24,000 nt of DNA, from assembly GCF_017875395.1 (NCBI RefSeq), contig NZ_JAGGMO010000004.1, positions 42,478 through 66,477 of the forward strand, read 5' to 3'. Origin of the DNA: Methanococcus voltae. Lineage in GTDB: Archaea; AGJL01; Methanococci; Methanococcales; Methanococcaceae. The translations under genes were made by a program, and so were the position numbers. Under the pieces are notes generated by a model. That model searched no databases and was not told where the DNA came from. It saw nothing but the letters and a program-made list of their open reading frames with translations. The first letter of the stretch is position 1; each line of letters opens with the position of its first letter. Below are positions 7,360 through 15,359 of the stretch, piece after piece.

Positions 7360-8633
7360 AAGCCATTACCCCCAAATTCCTTTCTAAACTCTGATTGGAT
7401 ATCTTCATCAAGTTCAATCCTTAAAGATTCGTTCTTTAATTCTTCATAGGATGGGCGTAATTCAGCATATTTTTCATCTAATTCATTTAATTTTTTAGAT
7501 AAGTTATCATCATAATCTTCTAAAATTGATAAATAAGCTTCACTATTAAACTCCGGTGATTCTTGATCAGGTATTGGAAGTAATATATCATATATAAATT
7601 CATAGAATAAACTTTTCATCTCCAGAATTACAGGTTTTGATTTTTTTATATCATAATTCCTTAAATATAAATTTAAAGTGTTGAAATAATTCCATAAAAT
7701 AACTTCACGTTCATCTTCATATTTTCTGAAATTTAATGTATTTTCTAACCGATTAATAGCTTTTTTTAATTCATCAATAGGGTCGTGAGTTATGAATTTT
7801 GTAAGTTTTTGTTTATTTGATTCATAATTGATTAATTCATCAAAACAAGTTTCTAAATTACGTACTGCTTTTTTTAAACCATCGTCAAGAACGGCATTTC
7901 CAAAAATATCCATTTGAATGCCTTTGTACGGACTAATTGAATTTATAAATATAAATTCATGTTTTACATTATCATATTTTCCATGAATTTTAACAGACCT
8001 GTTGGCAAAACTAAGAATACTTTCTTGTAAATTTTTAGGTAATCCCAAATAACTACCTTTTATTTTTCTACTAACTGTTTTTAAAGTAAATTTCTTAAGA
8101 TCTAAATCTACAGCAGTTAGTATCCCATATTTATCCACATGCTGTGGTTTGTGATATTTAGAATCCAATTCTTCAATTATTTTCATTTTAGATTTGTTAA
8201 AATAAGTATATTCTGAATTGCTTTTTGGTAACTCTTCACTACAACATATACTTATATCATTTTTGTCATTGGACCAAACTCTAGAAGTATATTTAATAAT
8301 GTCGGGAATCCTGAGTTTTAAATTATTATCTATAAGGTGTTTTTCAATGTCTTCACCAGTTTCTGCATTATTAATGTCTGATACATAGTTATTGACTACA
8401 CCATATAATTTAGTTGAATCATTGGTTGCAGTTGAACATTTTAAAATGGCAGAGCCTGGTTTAATATCTTCGATATATAATGTAAATTCAGCAGGATTTT
8501 CCTTAAAACCCCTTAATTTTTCAACCAATTTTTGAAAATCACCAGTTATTTTTGAAAATTCTTCCATGGTTATTTTATGATATTTAACAGATTTTCCGTC
8601 AATTCGTAACCATAAAGCTTTATTTTTTATCAT
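7356..8633 (-). CDS. hypothetical 425-aa protein, no recognisable domain; the C-terminal third is helical and acidic
   Basis: Long ORF with GAGGA SD 4 nt before the ATG. It is translationally coupled to the PIN-like gene by a 4-nt overlap. Confidence 0.75.
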   Translation of the reverse strand: MIKNKALWLRIDGKSVKYHKITMEEFSKITGDFQKLVEKLRGFKENPAEFTLYIEDIKPGSAILKCSTATNDSTKLYGVVNNYVSDINNAETGEDIEKHLIDNNLKLRIPDIIKYTSRVWSNDKNDISICCSEELPKSNSEYTYFNKSKMKIIEELDSKYHKPQHVDKYGILTAVDLDLKKFTLKTVSRKIKGSYLGLPKNLQESILSFANRSVKIHGKYDNVKHEFIFINSISPYKGIQMDIFGNAVLDDGLKKAVRNLETCFDELINYESNKQKLTKFITHDPIDELKKAINRLENTLNFRKYEDEREVILWNYFNTLNLYLRNYDIKKSKPVILEMKSLFYEFIYDILLPIPDQESPEFNSEAYLSILEDYDDNLSKKLNELDEKYAELRPSYEELKNESLRIELDEDIQSEFRKEFGGNGL

Positions 8634-8816
8634 ATTATCCTCTTGTAAAACACTATAATATTATAAAACTTATAAAAAAATTAAAAAAATTGTAATTTAA
8701 TATTATTCCATTTTTATTTTAACTATAACATATTATAATTTTTACTAATATATAATAATTATCATGCAAATTTTTTAATATTGTGTCGATTAAATAAAAC
8801 TATTACTACCATTATA

Positions 8817-9062
8817 TTATTCAGCCAAAATAATATATGTATAACCATCTTCTTTTTTAACGAACTCACACTTATCTAAATCAATTTTTTCGTCAATAAA
8901 ATCCACTATATACGATTCAAACATTTCTAAAATATCTTCTTTAGAAACAGGCCTACTAATATCAATGTGTAAAATCATAGTTTCTTTTTCTTTACCATTT
9001 TCAAAAGGTGTAATTTCAAAATCTGTATAATCATTTTTAAATTTATATAATATTTTTTCCAT
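8817..9062 (-). CDS. hypothetical small acidic protein (81 aa)
   Basis: AGGTGA SD lies 4 nt before the ATG. The gene is 49 nt downstream of the 585-aa gene on the same strand. Confidence 0.6.
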   Translation of the reverse strand: MEKILYKFKNDYTDFEITPFENGKEKETMILHIDISRPVSKEDILEMFESYIVDFIDEKIDLDKCEFVKKEDGYTYIILAE

Positions 9063-9111
9063 ATTTTCACCTTAAAACTTTTAATAATAGTAAAATAAAA
9101 TAATAAAAAAA

Positions 9112-10869
9112 TTAATATCCAATATTAATTTCTAAAATATACGGATATTCTTTATAATTATCTTCAACGTTGCTTTTAAACGTTGTATATATTCCCTTAT
9201 AGCCATTATGTTTTTCTAATTCGTTTTCAACTATTAAATAATAGTTATATTTTAATTCAGGTGCTAAATCTTCCAAATAATAATTTATTTTCTCGCCAGA
9301 TTTATAATTTGAAGGTAGATATTTATTAGTCAAATTTTTATCAAGATTTATATTTTTATCCCCTAAATCGTTGTTTAAATTTGAAGTTGCTAAATTTAAC
9401 ATGTAAGGCGTTATGTACCTTTTTTTAGTCATATCTTTTGTATCTTGAACTTTCGAAACTATTGTTTCATTATTTTTTAATTCTAACTTGTATATACGTA
9501 AATTTTCAATATTATACTTACTTAAGTAATTACCTAAGTTAAATATTGTATTTACTTGGTCTATTGCATAATAATTGTTACCATACTCTATCGCTGTAAA
9601 ACTGTGTCCTTCTCCACCATATTCTTCAAGTTCTACGATATAGGCACCATACTCTGCATTTAATAGATAAGCACAGCTGAACAGCGTATAATCTGAACAT
9701 ACACCGCTTTTTAGTTTATACATTTCAAAAGGTGTATATGGTCTACCGTAATCTTCTTGATTGGCTCTTGATTGATTATACTCAAAGTTTTTAGCTTGGA
9801 AGTTTGCTAAATTAACTGTAGTTTCTAAAACGTTATTTGATTGTAAATAAGTTAATTTTGGTATCTCTTTTAAATATTTGGGCTGCAATAAAGCTGTTGA
9901 ATAATCATACATATCGATTATATTGTTATTGTCATAATCGTCATAATATCCGTAAATTTCTTCTTTTGGAAGTACATAACCTGTTGAATCCTGATTTTGA
10001 AACATTGACATTATTGCATTTTGATTTAAAACAATTAATCCAACTAAAACTATGATTGATAGTAGACCTACGTTTTTAATTGAAAATATATTATTTATTT
10101 TATTACTTTTATTCTTAGTATTATTTTTACTAATTTTTTTATTGCAATTATTGTTTCTTTTTAATGTATTATTTTTATTTTGTTTATTATTCTTAATTTT
10201 GTTTTTATCATCTGTTTTACTTTTTTTAGACTTAAAAAATTTATTATTATCTTTATAATTCTGATTTTTTAAATAAAAATCATTATTTTCATTGTTTATT
10301 GATTTAGTTGTATCTTCCTTTTTTCTAATTAATTTTCCATCAGTTTTTTCATCTAATTCCATGTATTTATAATCATCCCATTCTTCGTCGAAATTATCAT
10401 CAACAGATTCTTGAATTTCTTGGTTTATAGAATATCCTTTTAGATTATTCTTAAAATCTTGATAATATTTTACATCGATATATTTCGCATAATTCTCACT
10501 ATTTAACAAAATATCAATAAGTTCAATTACTTTATCATTTTGCTTTTTTATGTAATAATTGTCTATTTCATCCTCTATTTGTTTAACATCTTGCTTATAT
10601 ATTTTAGAAGATAGTATATCATCGTAAAAATTTTTAAATTCTGGTTTTTTATCTTTAGAATTGCTTATTATATACTCAACATATTCGTCATCATCATAAA
10701 GACGATTACCGCTATCTAATATATTTTCGATATATTCTTTCGAAGATTCGTGATTTCCGTTTAGATACTCTATATAAGCATAATACATATTCATAGAGCC
10801 ACTTGAACCATTATATGCTAATTCTCGTTCAATTAAGGTTTTAACCTTTTCATATTCGCCATGATACAT
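9112..10869 (-). CDS. membrane-anchored protein: N-terminal TPR-like helical region, K/N-rich low-complexity linker, one TM helix, C-terminal transglutaminase-like cysteine-peptidase fold
   Basis: The TM helix is VGLLSIIVLVGLIVL. The Cys-His-Asp pattern is GVCSDYTLFSCAYLL ... GEGHSFTAIEY ... YYAIDQ. The frame stays open upstream to 10974 with a GGTGGG SD and no canonical start codon. Confidence 0.75.
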   Translation of the reverse strand: MYHGEYEKVKTLIERELAYNGSSGSMNMYYAYIEYLNGNHESSKEYIENILDSGNRLYDDDEYVEYIISNSKDKKPEFKNFYDDILSSKIYKQDVKQIEDEIDNYYIKKQNDKVIELIDILLNSENYAKYIDVKYYQDFKNNLKGYSINQEIQESVDDNFDEEWDDYKYMELDEKTDGKLIRKKEDTTKSINNENNDFYLKNQNYKDNNKFFKSKKSKTDDKNKIKNNKQNKNNTLKRNNNCNKKISKNNTKNKSNKINNIFSIKNVGLLSIIVLVGLIVLNQNAIMSMFQNQDSTGYVLPKEEIYGYYDDYDNNNIIDMYDYSTALLQPKYLKEIPKLTYLQSNNVLETTVNLANFQAKNFEYNQSRANQEDYGRPYTPFEMYKLKSGVCSDYTLFSCAYLLNAEYGAYIVELEEYGGEGHSFTAIEYGNNYYAIDQVNTIFNLGNYLSKYNIENLRIYKLELKNNETIVSKVQDTKDMTKKRYITPYMLNLATSNLNNDLGDKNINLDKNLTNKYLPSNYKSGEKINYYLEDLAPELKYNYYLIVENELEKHNGYKGIYTTFKSNVEDNYKEYPYILEINIGY

Positions 10870-11077
10870 TAAAGGTTTTATAACACGAATTATTTCGGAA
10901 TGAGTATGAATTTCTTCATCCAGTATACGATTATAGTCATTTACTATTTTTTCTAATTCTTCGATATTCCCACCCTATGATATAATAATATTAAAAAATC
11001 TTTAATTAACTGTTTATATATTTTATGAAAAAAGTTAGAAAAATAATATTACATATTTGGTGTTTTGTATTATAATA

Positions 11078-11089
11078 TTGTATATACAA
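11078..11089. promoter_or_regulatory. palindrome TTGTATATACAA, copy 1 of 3 (candidate operator)
   Basis: Perfect 12-bp palindrome. The extended shared context ataatattgtatatacaaaa also occurs at copy 2. Confidence 0.4.
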
Positions 11090-11183
11090 AATTATGTATG
11101 AGGTAGTTTGTAATAATGGTATAATTAAATAAATATATATTTATTTAATTCTTATCTATACTATTCAATAGATATGTATAATA

Positions 11184-11195
11184 TTGTATATACAA
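11184..11195. promoter_or_regulatory. palindrome TTGTATATACAA, copy 2 of 3
   Basis: Perfect palindrome. It shares ataatattgtatatacaaaa with copy 1 and tgtatatacaaaaagc with copy 3. Confidence 0.4.
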
Positions 11196-11332
11196 AAAGC
11201 CACTTATTTAAGTTAACTTTTATTTAATATATTAACTTGTTTTAGTTATATGGTTATGTACTTCATAACAATACTACATTTACTATTGATTTAACATATT
11301 AAGTATTACATATTTATTAAATAATAATCTAA

Positions 11333-11348
11333 TTTTGTATATACAAAA
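11333..11348. promoter_or_regulatory. palindrome TTTTGTATATACAAAA, copy 3 of 3 (16-bp perfect)
   Basis: Perfect 16-bp palindrome located 99 nt downstream of the wHTH gene stop. Confidence 0.4.
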
Positions 11349-11446
11349 AGCAATGTAAAAACATTAACACAAAAAGCAAAAAGTATTATATCATAATATT
11401 CAATAATAAAAAAGTAATATCAATAACTTATAAAAAATATTATTAA

Positions 11447-11863
11447 TTATTTTTGAAATTTAACATTACCACCAATATTTCCAGTATTTACAAATCCAGA
11501 ATTATCATTAATTGTATTATTACTTTGTATATTTTTTTTGGCATTGTTTGAATCTTTTATAATTATTTCTATATTTTTATTTCTTTCCAAAGCTTCAGAA
11601 ATTTCATAAATTTTAATAACGGATTTTCCCAAATCCGAAAGTTTAAAATATGACATTGGCATACTCTCTCCTTTGGGTTCTCTGCGCTTAAATACCAATT
11701 TTTTTTTAACTAACGTCGAAAGTATTTTACTTAAATTTCCACTATCTATATCTAATTCGTTTTGTATTTGTCCAGAATATAATTCACCCCGATTATACAA
11801 AATATATAATATTTCCTTAACATATTTTTTAGTTAATGTTTTTAATAACATAGTATACCTCAA
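11447..11863 (-). CDS. winged-helix (ArsR/MarR-like) DNA-binding protein with a conserved C-terminal GFVNTGNIGGNV tail
   Basis: 138 aa. The HTH is ELYSGQIQNELDIDSGNLSKILSTLVKKKLV and the wing is YFKLSDLG. It is a paralogue of 4120..4464 and is divergent from the integrase operon. Confidence 0.75.
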   Translation of the reverse strand: MRYTMLLKTLTKKYVKEILYILYNRGELYSGQIQNELDIDSGNLSKILSTLVKKKLVFKRREPKGESMPMSYFKLSDLGKSVIKIYEISEALERNKNIEIIIKDSNNAKKNIQSNNTINDNSGFVNTGNIGGNVKFQK

Positions 11864-12023
11864 TTAACACTATGTATATTTTTTCAGTTATATTATATAT
11901 TCCATATTTGAACTTTTTTACAGCGTTGTAATTATATGGAAAAATATAAATACTAGGTTAATTAAATTATACATTACTGTACTAAAATACAGATATGTAA
12001 TGTAAAAATAAAAGGTGAAATTT

Positions 12024-12230
12024 GTGAAAGTAGTTCACGAATACGAGGGGGTTGTAAAACCATTAGGAAACTCAGGTCGAGTTCAACCTGCAATACCTGG
12101 AAAATTAATTGGTAAACGGGTTATTGTAAAGGTTTTAGATGAAGAAACAATAAAAGATACGGAAGAAAACCATGAACCTAAAAATAAAAAATATAAAACG
12201 GAGTGTAAAAAAATAGGGGATAAAAAATAA
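12024..12230 (+). CDS. DUF2080-like / AbrB-SpoVT-like small protein ('transposon-encoded protein' family of archaeal mobile elements)
   Basis: The motif VKPLGNSGRVQPAIPGKLIGKRVIVKVL resembles the DUF2080 pattern (v.pfGnSa.v.vPk..iGk.v.v). I prefer the GTG at 12024, which has AAGGTGA 5 nt upstream, over the track's GTG at 12015 that lies inside the SD. Confidence 0.6.
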   Translation: MKVVHEYEGVVKPLGNSGRVQPAIPGKLIGKRVIVKVLDEETIKDTEENHEPKNKKYKTECKKIGDKK

Positions 12231-12256
12231 AAAAATTGTGAAAATTGAGGGGAACT

Positions 12257-12706
12257 ATGGAAGCTGTTGAATACTACATAATGCAAGGAGAAAATGGAGA
12301 AGAATATGATTCACATAGAGCACATTGGGAATCGGTTAATCATGAAAATAAAGAGTTTAACAAATTATTTAAAGAACATAAGGAATCAATAGAACAGTTC
12401 TATAAAACACAGTATGGGAAGAAAGTTTTATTGAAAAAAGTTAAAAAAGAGGAGTATAACGCTTTTAGCTTTAGAAAAGATAAGTTTGTTATCGATAATG
12501 CGATTGAAGATATAAAAACTTTAATCGGGCGAGTAAATGACTCAGTTTTATTTGTAGATGTTTTTACAGATGAAGCTAAAGTCTATATGTCTTGTCCAGA
12601 GGTTCAATTCTGTCAAACGATTCCTTTTGAAACCTTAAAAGGTTTCCACTTTTGTTGTAAACGATTAAATGAAGAGTTTGATGCTGAAATAATGTTTAAA
12701 GATTAG
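12257..12706 (+). CDS. hypothetical protein (149 aa)
   Basis: ORF with GAGGGG SD (12247-12252) 4 nt before the ATG at 12257. The track's TTG start at 12245 overlaps the SD. Confidence 0.65.
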   Translation: MEAVEYYIMQGENGEEYDSHRAHWESVNHENKEFNKLFKEHKESIEQFYKTQYGKKVLLKKVKKEEYNAFSFRKDKFVIDNAIEDIKTLIGRVNDSVLFVDVFTDEAKVYMSCPEVQFCQTIPFETLKGFHFCCKRLNEEFDAEIMFKD

Positions 12707-12717
12707 AGGGGGTTTTA

Positions 12718-12969
12718 ATGCGTAAATATTTTTACACAAGAAATAAAATTGATTCAAGAGATGTAAGGTATTTCTTACATAAAATAGAGGAATTAAAAGA
12801 AATAAATCCCGAATATTTAGTTCAAGCAGTTAAATATGAAAAAAAGCACAAAGTTTCTATAACTTTATCGGAAAGAGAAGCTAAAATCGTTGAAAAATAT
12901 GGAAAAGCCACCGACATATTGATTAATTATTTGCAAGAGGCAGAGCTACATGAAGGATACCAATATTAA
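12718..12969 (+). CDS. hypothetical protein (83 aa), possible RHH-like C-terminal half
   Basis: AGGGGG SD lies 5 nt before the ATG. VSITLSEREAKIVEKYGKATDILINYLQE has a strand-helix-helix appearance. It overlaps the int start by 20 nt. Confidence 0.6.
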   Translation: MRKYFYTRNKIDSRDVRYFLHKIEELKEINPEYLVQAVKYEKKHKVSITLSEREAKIVEKYGKATDILINYLQEAELHEGYQY

Positions 12970-13933
12970 TGATTTACTAATGATTAAAGAGAAGCGGAAG
13001 AAAAAGGAAAAAGTTGGAAGAAGCACGCAAATGGAAGACTGGGTGGATAGATACATTGAAGAACGGGAATTCGACGGAATTAAACAAAATACTATTAAAA
13101 ATGATATTACCCGATTGAGAGTTTATTTGAGATTTTGCTTTGAAACACATCACACAAAACCTGAAGACATGACCACTGAAGATTTTGTTAAATTCTTTAA
13201 CTATCTTGAAAAAGAACGTGAAACTTCAAGAAATACACAAAACAGGTATTTTAACTTTTTAAAAGTTTTTCACAGAGTTTTTAAACTTAAAAACTTTAAA
13301 GAGTTTGAAATAGATTCACAGGATAGAAAGAGATTTGGTAAGATTGAAGTAAAACATTACGATGCAATGACTCTTGATATTTTAAATTCGATAATTGAAA
13401 AGATTATTCAGCAAAACTCTAGAACTAAAATAAGGGATATTACAATGTTAAGGTTGCTTTGGGATACGGGTTGTAGACATTCTGAAGTATTAAATTTAAC
13501 CTATGGAGATTGCGACCTTAAAAAAGGTGAATTTCTACTTAGAAATACTAAAGGGAGTAAAGAAAGAAAGGTAGTTTGTAGTTATGAAACTTTAAAGCTG
13601 TTGAATTATTATGTAAAGCATAATCTTTACAATACGCCCAATAGTCCGTTATTTCAGAATGATAAAGGTGAAAGGGTAAATAATACATGGCTTGGAAAAT
13701 CTTTTAGGGAAGCAGTTGAGGAATTAAAGAAAGATGGGGAAATTCCTCAAAATAAAAGAATTGTAATTCATTCTATTCGACACGGTAGAGCAGTTGATAT
13801 GTTGAATAAAGGTGTTGGTATAGACATTGTAAAAGAATATCTTGGTCATAGGTCAATTGAAACTACTTTGTTTTATAGCCATTCTAAAGAGAGAACCGAG
13901 GGCATGCTTAACGATTTAAAAGATTTATTATAA
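12950..13933 (+). CDS. int: tyrosine recombinase / phage-type integrase
   Basis: Catalytic signature: LLWDTGCRHSEV (Arg), IHSIRHGRAV (HxxR), YLGHRSIETTLFYSH (His...Tyr). An N-terminal SAM-like core-binding region is present (RVYLRFCFE...FVKFFNYLEKE). Confidence 0.9.
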   Translation: MKDTNINDLLMIKEKRKKKEKVGRSTQMEDWVDRYIEEREFDGIKQNTIKNDITRLRVYLRFCFETHHTKPEDMTTEDFVKFFNYLEKERETSRNTQNRYFNFLKVFHRVFKLKNFKEFEIDSQDRKRFGKIEVKHYDAMTLDILNSIIEKIIQQNSRTKIRDITMLRLLWDTGCRHSEVLNLTYGDCDLKKGEFLLRNTKGSKERKVVCSYETLKLLNYYVKHNLYNTPNSPLFQNDKGERVNNTWLGKSFREAVEELKKDGEIPQNKRIVIHSIRHGRAVDMLNKGVGIDIVKEYLGHRSIETTLFYSHSKERTEGMLNDLKDLL

Positions 13934-13941
13934 CTAATCAT
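13910..13941 (+). repeat. direct repeat I, formed by the last 24 nt of int plus 8 nt
   Basis: aacgatttaaaagatttattataa-ctaatcat aligns with 13992-14027. Together the two copies bracket a 50-bp insert. Confidence 0.8.
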
Positions 13942-13943
13942 AT

Positions 13944-13986
13944 CCATCAAAGGATTTTTACGAGTGAAACGAGTAAAAAGGGTTTG
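13944..13986 (-). repeat. 43-bp element, inverted copy (reverse complement is CAAACCCTTTTTACTCGTTTCACTCGTAAAAATCCTTTGATGG)
   Basis: 42/43 identity to 15466-15508 in reverse complement. It starts 11 nt after the int stop. Confidence 0.9.
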
Positions 13987-13991
13987 AGCGA

Positions 13992-14027
13992 AACGATTTA
14001 AAAGATTTGTTATGAGGGGATAATCAT
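13992..14027 (+). repeat. direct repeat II, a duplicate of the int 3' end that still encodes NDLKDLL*
   Basis: The sequence aacgatttaaaagatttgttatgaggggataatcat supplies the GAGGGG SD and the ATG of the next small ORF. Confidence 0.8.
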
Positions 14028-14187
14028 GAATCCATATGTTGTTTTAAAAATAATTAAAAAGGTAGCATCTTATTATGAAGAAGTTACTGTTCACGATAAT
14101 GGGGATGAATTAATAATCTGTAAAAAGAGTAACGGGGGTGAAGAGTTTGGCAACTCAGGAAGAAATATTGCAGTTAATTATAGATAA
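14026..14187 (+). CDS. small hypothetical ORF (53 aa), possibly the N-terminal part of the following wHTH gene split by a frameshift at a G5 tract
   Basis: Not in the ORF track. It has a strong GAGGGG SD 6 nt upstream of the ATG. It overlaps the next ORF by about 50 nt, and the two frames differ by one nt at GGGGG 14134-14138. Confidence 0.35.
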   Translation: MNPYVVLKIIKKVASYYEEVTVHDNGDELIICKKSNGGEEFGNSGRNIAVNYR

Positions 14188-14476
14188 TGGTGGGGTTATC
14201 AGTACTGCAGAGCTGAACAAGTTAGCGAGTTATAAAAGTAACAGTCAACGTTTACAACAATTGATTAAGAAAAAAATAATATCTAAAGTAAAAGGACCCA
14301 ATAAATCAATGATTTACTTCATAATAGACTTAAAATATATCACTAATGAATCTAAAGAATCTGAACTAATCGTATTAAACCTAAATGAAGATTTAAGCAA
14401 CTATGAAAAACTTTTAAAGTTTTTTGAATTAAAAGCAGATAGCGAAGCTGTAAAGAAAATAAAATCAGTTTTATAA
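14138..14476 (+). CDS. winged-helix DNA-binding protein
   Basis: The HTH is ISTAELNKLASYKSNSQRLQQLIKKKIISKV and the wing is PNKSMIYFI. The start is uncertain: GTG at 14138, or TTG at 14147 with the G5 tract acting as SD. Confidence 0.65.
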   Translation: MKSLATQEEILQLIIDNGGVISTAELNKLASYKSNSQRLQQLIKKKIISKVKGPNKSMIYFIIDLKYITNESKESELIVLNLNEDLSNYEKLLKFFELKADSEAVKKIKSVL

Positions 14477-14486
14477 GGTGGTTCCA

Positions 14487-15173
14487 ATGGTTAATACTTG
14501 GAACGGACAAATAAAACCTGGAAGACCGCCCAAACATAAAAATAGTACTAAAATTTTAGTATACTGTGATTTAAGCGATAGAAAATTCTTAGAAAAATAT
14601 TCATCAATGTACAAAGTTTCAATGTCTGAATTCGTAGTTAGATCTATTAAATCCAAAGTAGCTAATCAATACTTTGATAATGAAAAAAATATTAAAATAA
14701 TAAAATATTTAAAGCGAGCAGTGATATCAATGGTTGATAAACTGAATGATATAAAGCAACGGTTAGAAGAAAAAGAACAACAATTAGGTACTTTAACTGA
14801 AGAGAATGATTTAAATGTTGAAAAAGTAACTGTCTTACAAAGGTATATCAAGCTTCAACGGTATTCCACTACCGAAGAATTCAATAGATTTTTAAAAGAA
14901 AATGAAGAGTTACTTTTTAACCTGGAGGTGTTGTCATTTGAAGATAAAAATCAACTGAATACTAATAAAATTATAGAATCTGAAAAGAAAAATCAACAAA
15001 ACACAATATTTGCAAGGAATATAGTTAAAGGTTCTATTGAAACGTTACAGGAATTAAATGAAAAAGAGGTTACTAATGGATTAACAGAGCAAGATTTAAT
15101 CCTTAAAAGTATCCAATACGAGATGATTGAGAAGTATGGAACTCCTGAAGAGATTAAAAAATATATTTGCTAA
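14487..15173 (+). CDS. ribbon-helix-helix (CopG-like) DNA-binding protein with a GRPPK motif and a long C-terminal coiled coil
   Basis: GGTGG SD lies 5 nt before the ATG at 14487; the track's GTG at 14478 is inside the SD. The RHH is KILVYCDLSDRKFLEKYSSMYKVSMSEFVVRSIK, followed by a heptad-rich E/K/L region. Confidence 0.7.
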   Translation: MVNTWNGQIKPGRPPKHKNSTKILVYCDLSDRKFLEKYSSMYKVSMSEFVVRSIKSKVANQYFDNEKNIKIIKYLKRAVISMVDKLNDIKQRLEEKEQQLGTLTEENDLNVEKVTVLQRYIKLQRYSTTEEFNRFLKENEELLFNLEVLSFEDKNQLNTNKIIESEKKNQQNTIFARNIVKGSIETLQELNEKEVTNGLTEQDLILKSIQYEMIEKYGTPEEIKKYIC

Positions 15174-15197
15174 TACCTTTTTTTGCTTTTTTTAATT

Positions 15198-15220
15198 ATC
15201 CTTGTTTCAATGGATTATAC
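15198..15220 (+). repeat. degenerate internal fragment of the CRISPR repeat, 360 bp outside the array
   Basis: atccttgtttcaatggattatac matches repeat positions 7-29 (atccttgttttaatggatcatgc) with 3 mismatches in 23. Confidence 0.7.
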
Positions 15221-15250
15221 CAAACCCTTTTATTCACTTCGTTCATAAAA
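15221..15250 (+). repeat. degenerate copy of the 31-bp core of the 43-bp element
   Basis: caaacccttttattcacttcgttcataaaa compares with caaaccctttttactcgtt.cactcgtaaaa at roughly two-thirds identity. It is in tandem with the next copy. Confidence 0.5.
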
Positions 15251-15290
15251 CAAACCCTTTTTACTCGTTACACTCGTAAAAATCCTTTAT
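15251..15290 (+). repeat. 43-bp element, direct copy with a diverged 3' end
   Basis: The first 38 nt match 15466-15503 with 2 mismatches. The 3' end, atcctttatact, equals the repeat fragment at 15198-15221 with a 12-nt internal deletion. Confidence 0.8.
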
Positions 15291-15359
15291 ACTAAAATCA
15301 TAGATTTTAGGTATTTTAAAAACCGTAGGTTTTTAAGATGATGGACTCGAAATGTAATT

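Larger units (their letters stand above)
11447..15173 (+). mobile_element. integrase-bearing module, probably a remnant integrated plasmid or virus-like element; boundaries not determined
   Basis: It has a divergent wHTH followed by a co-directional, tightly packed set: DUF2080-like, two unknowns, tyrosine integrase, wHTH and RHH. No replication or capsid genes were recognised. Flanking att repeats were not identified by eye. Confidence 0.5.
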
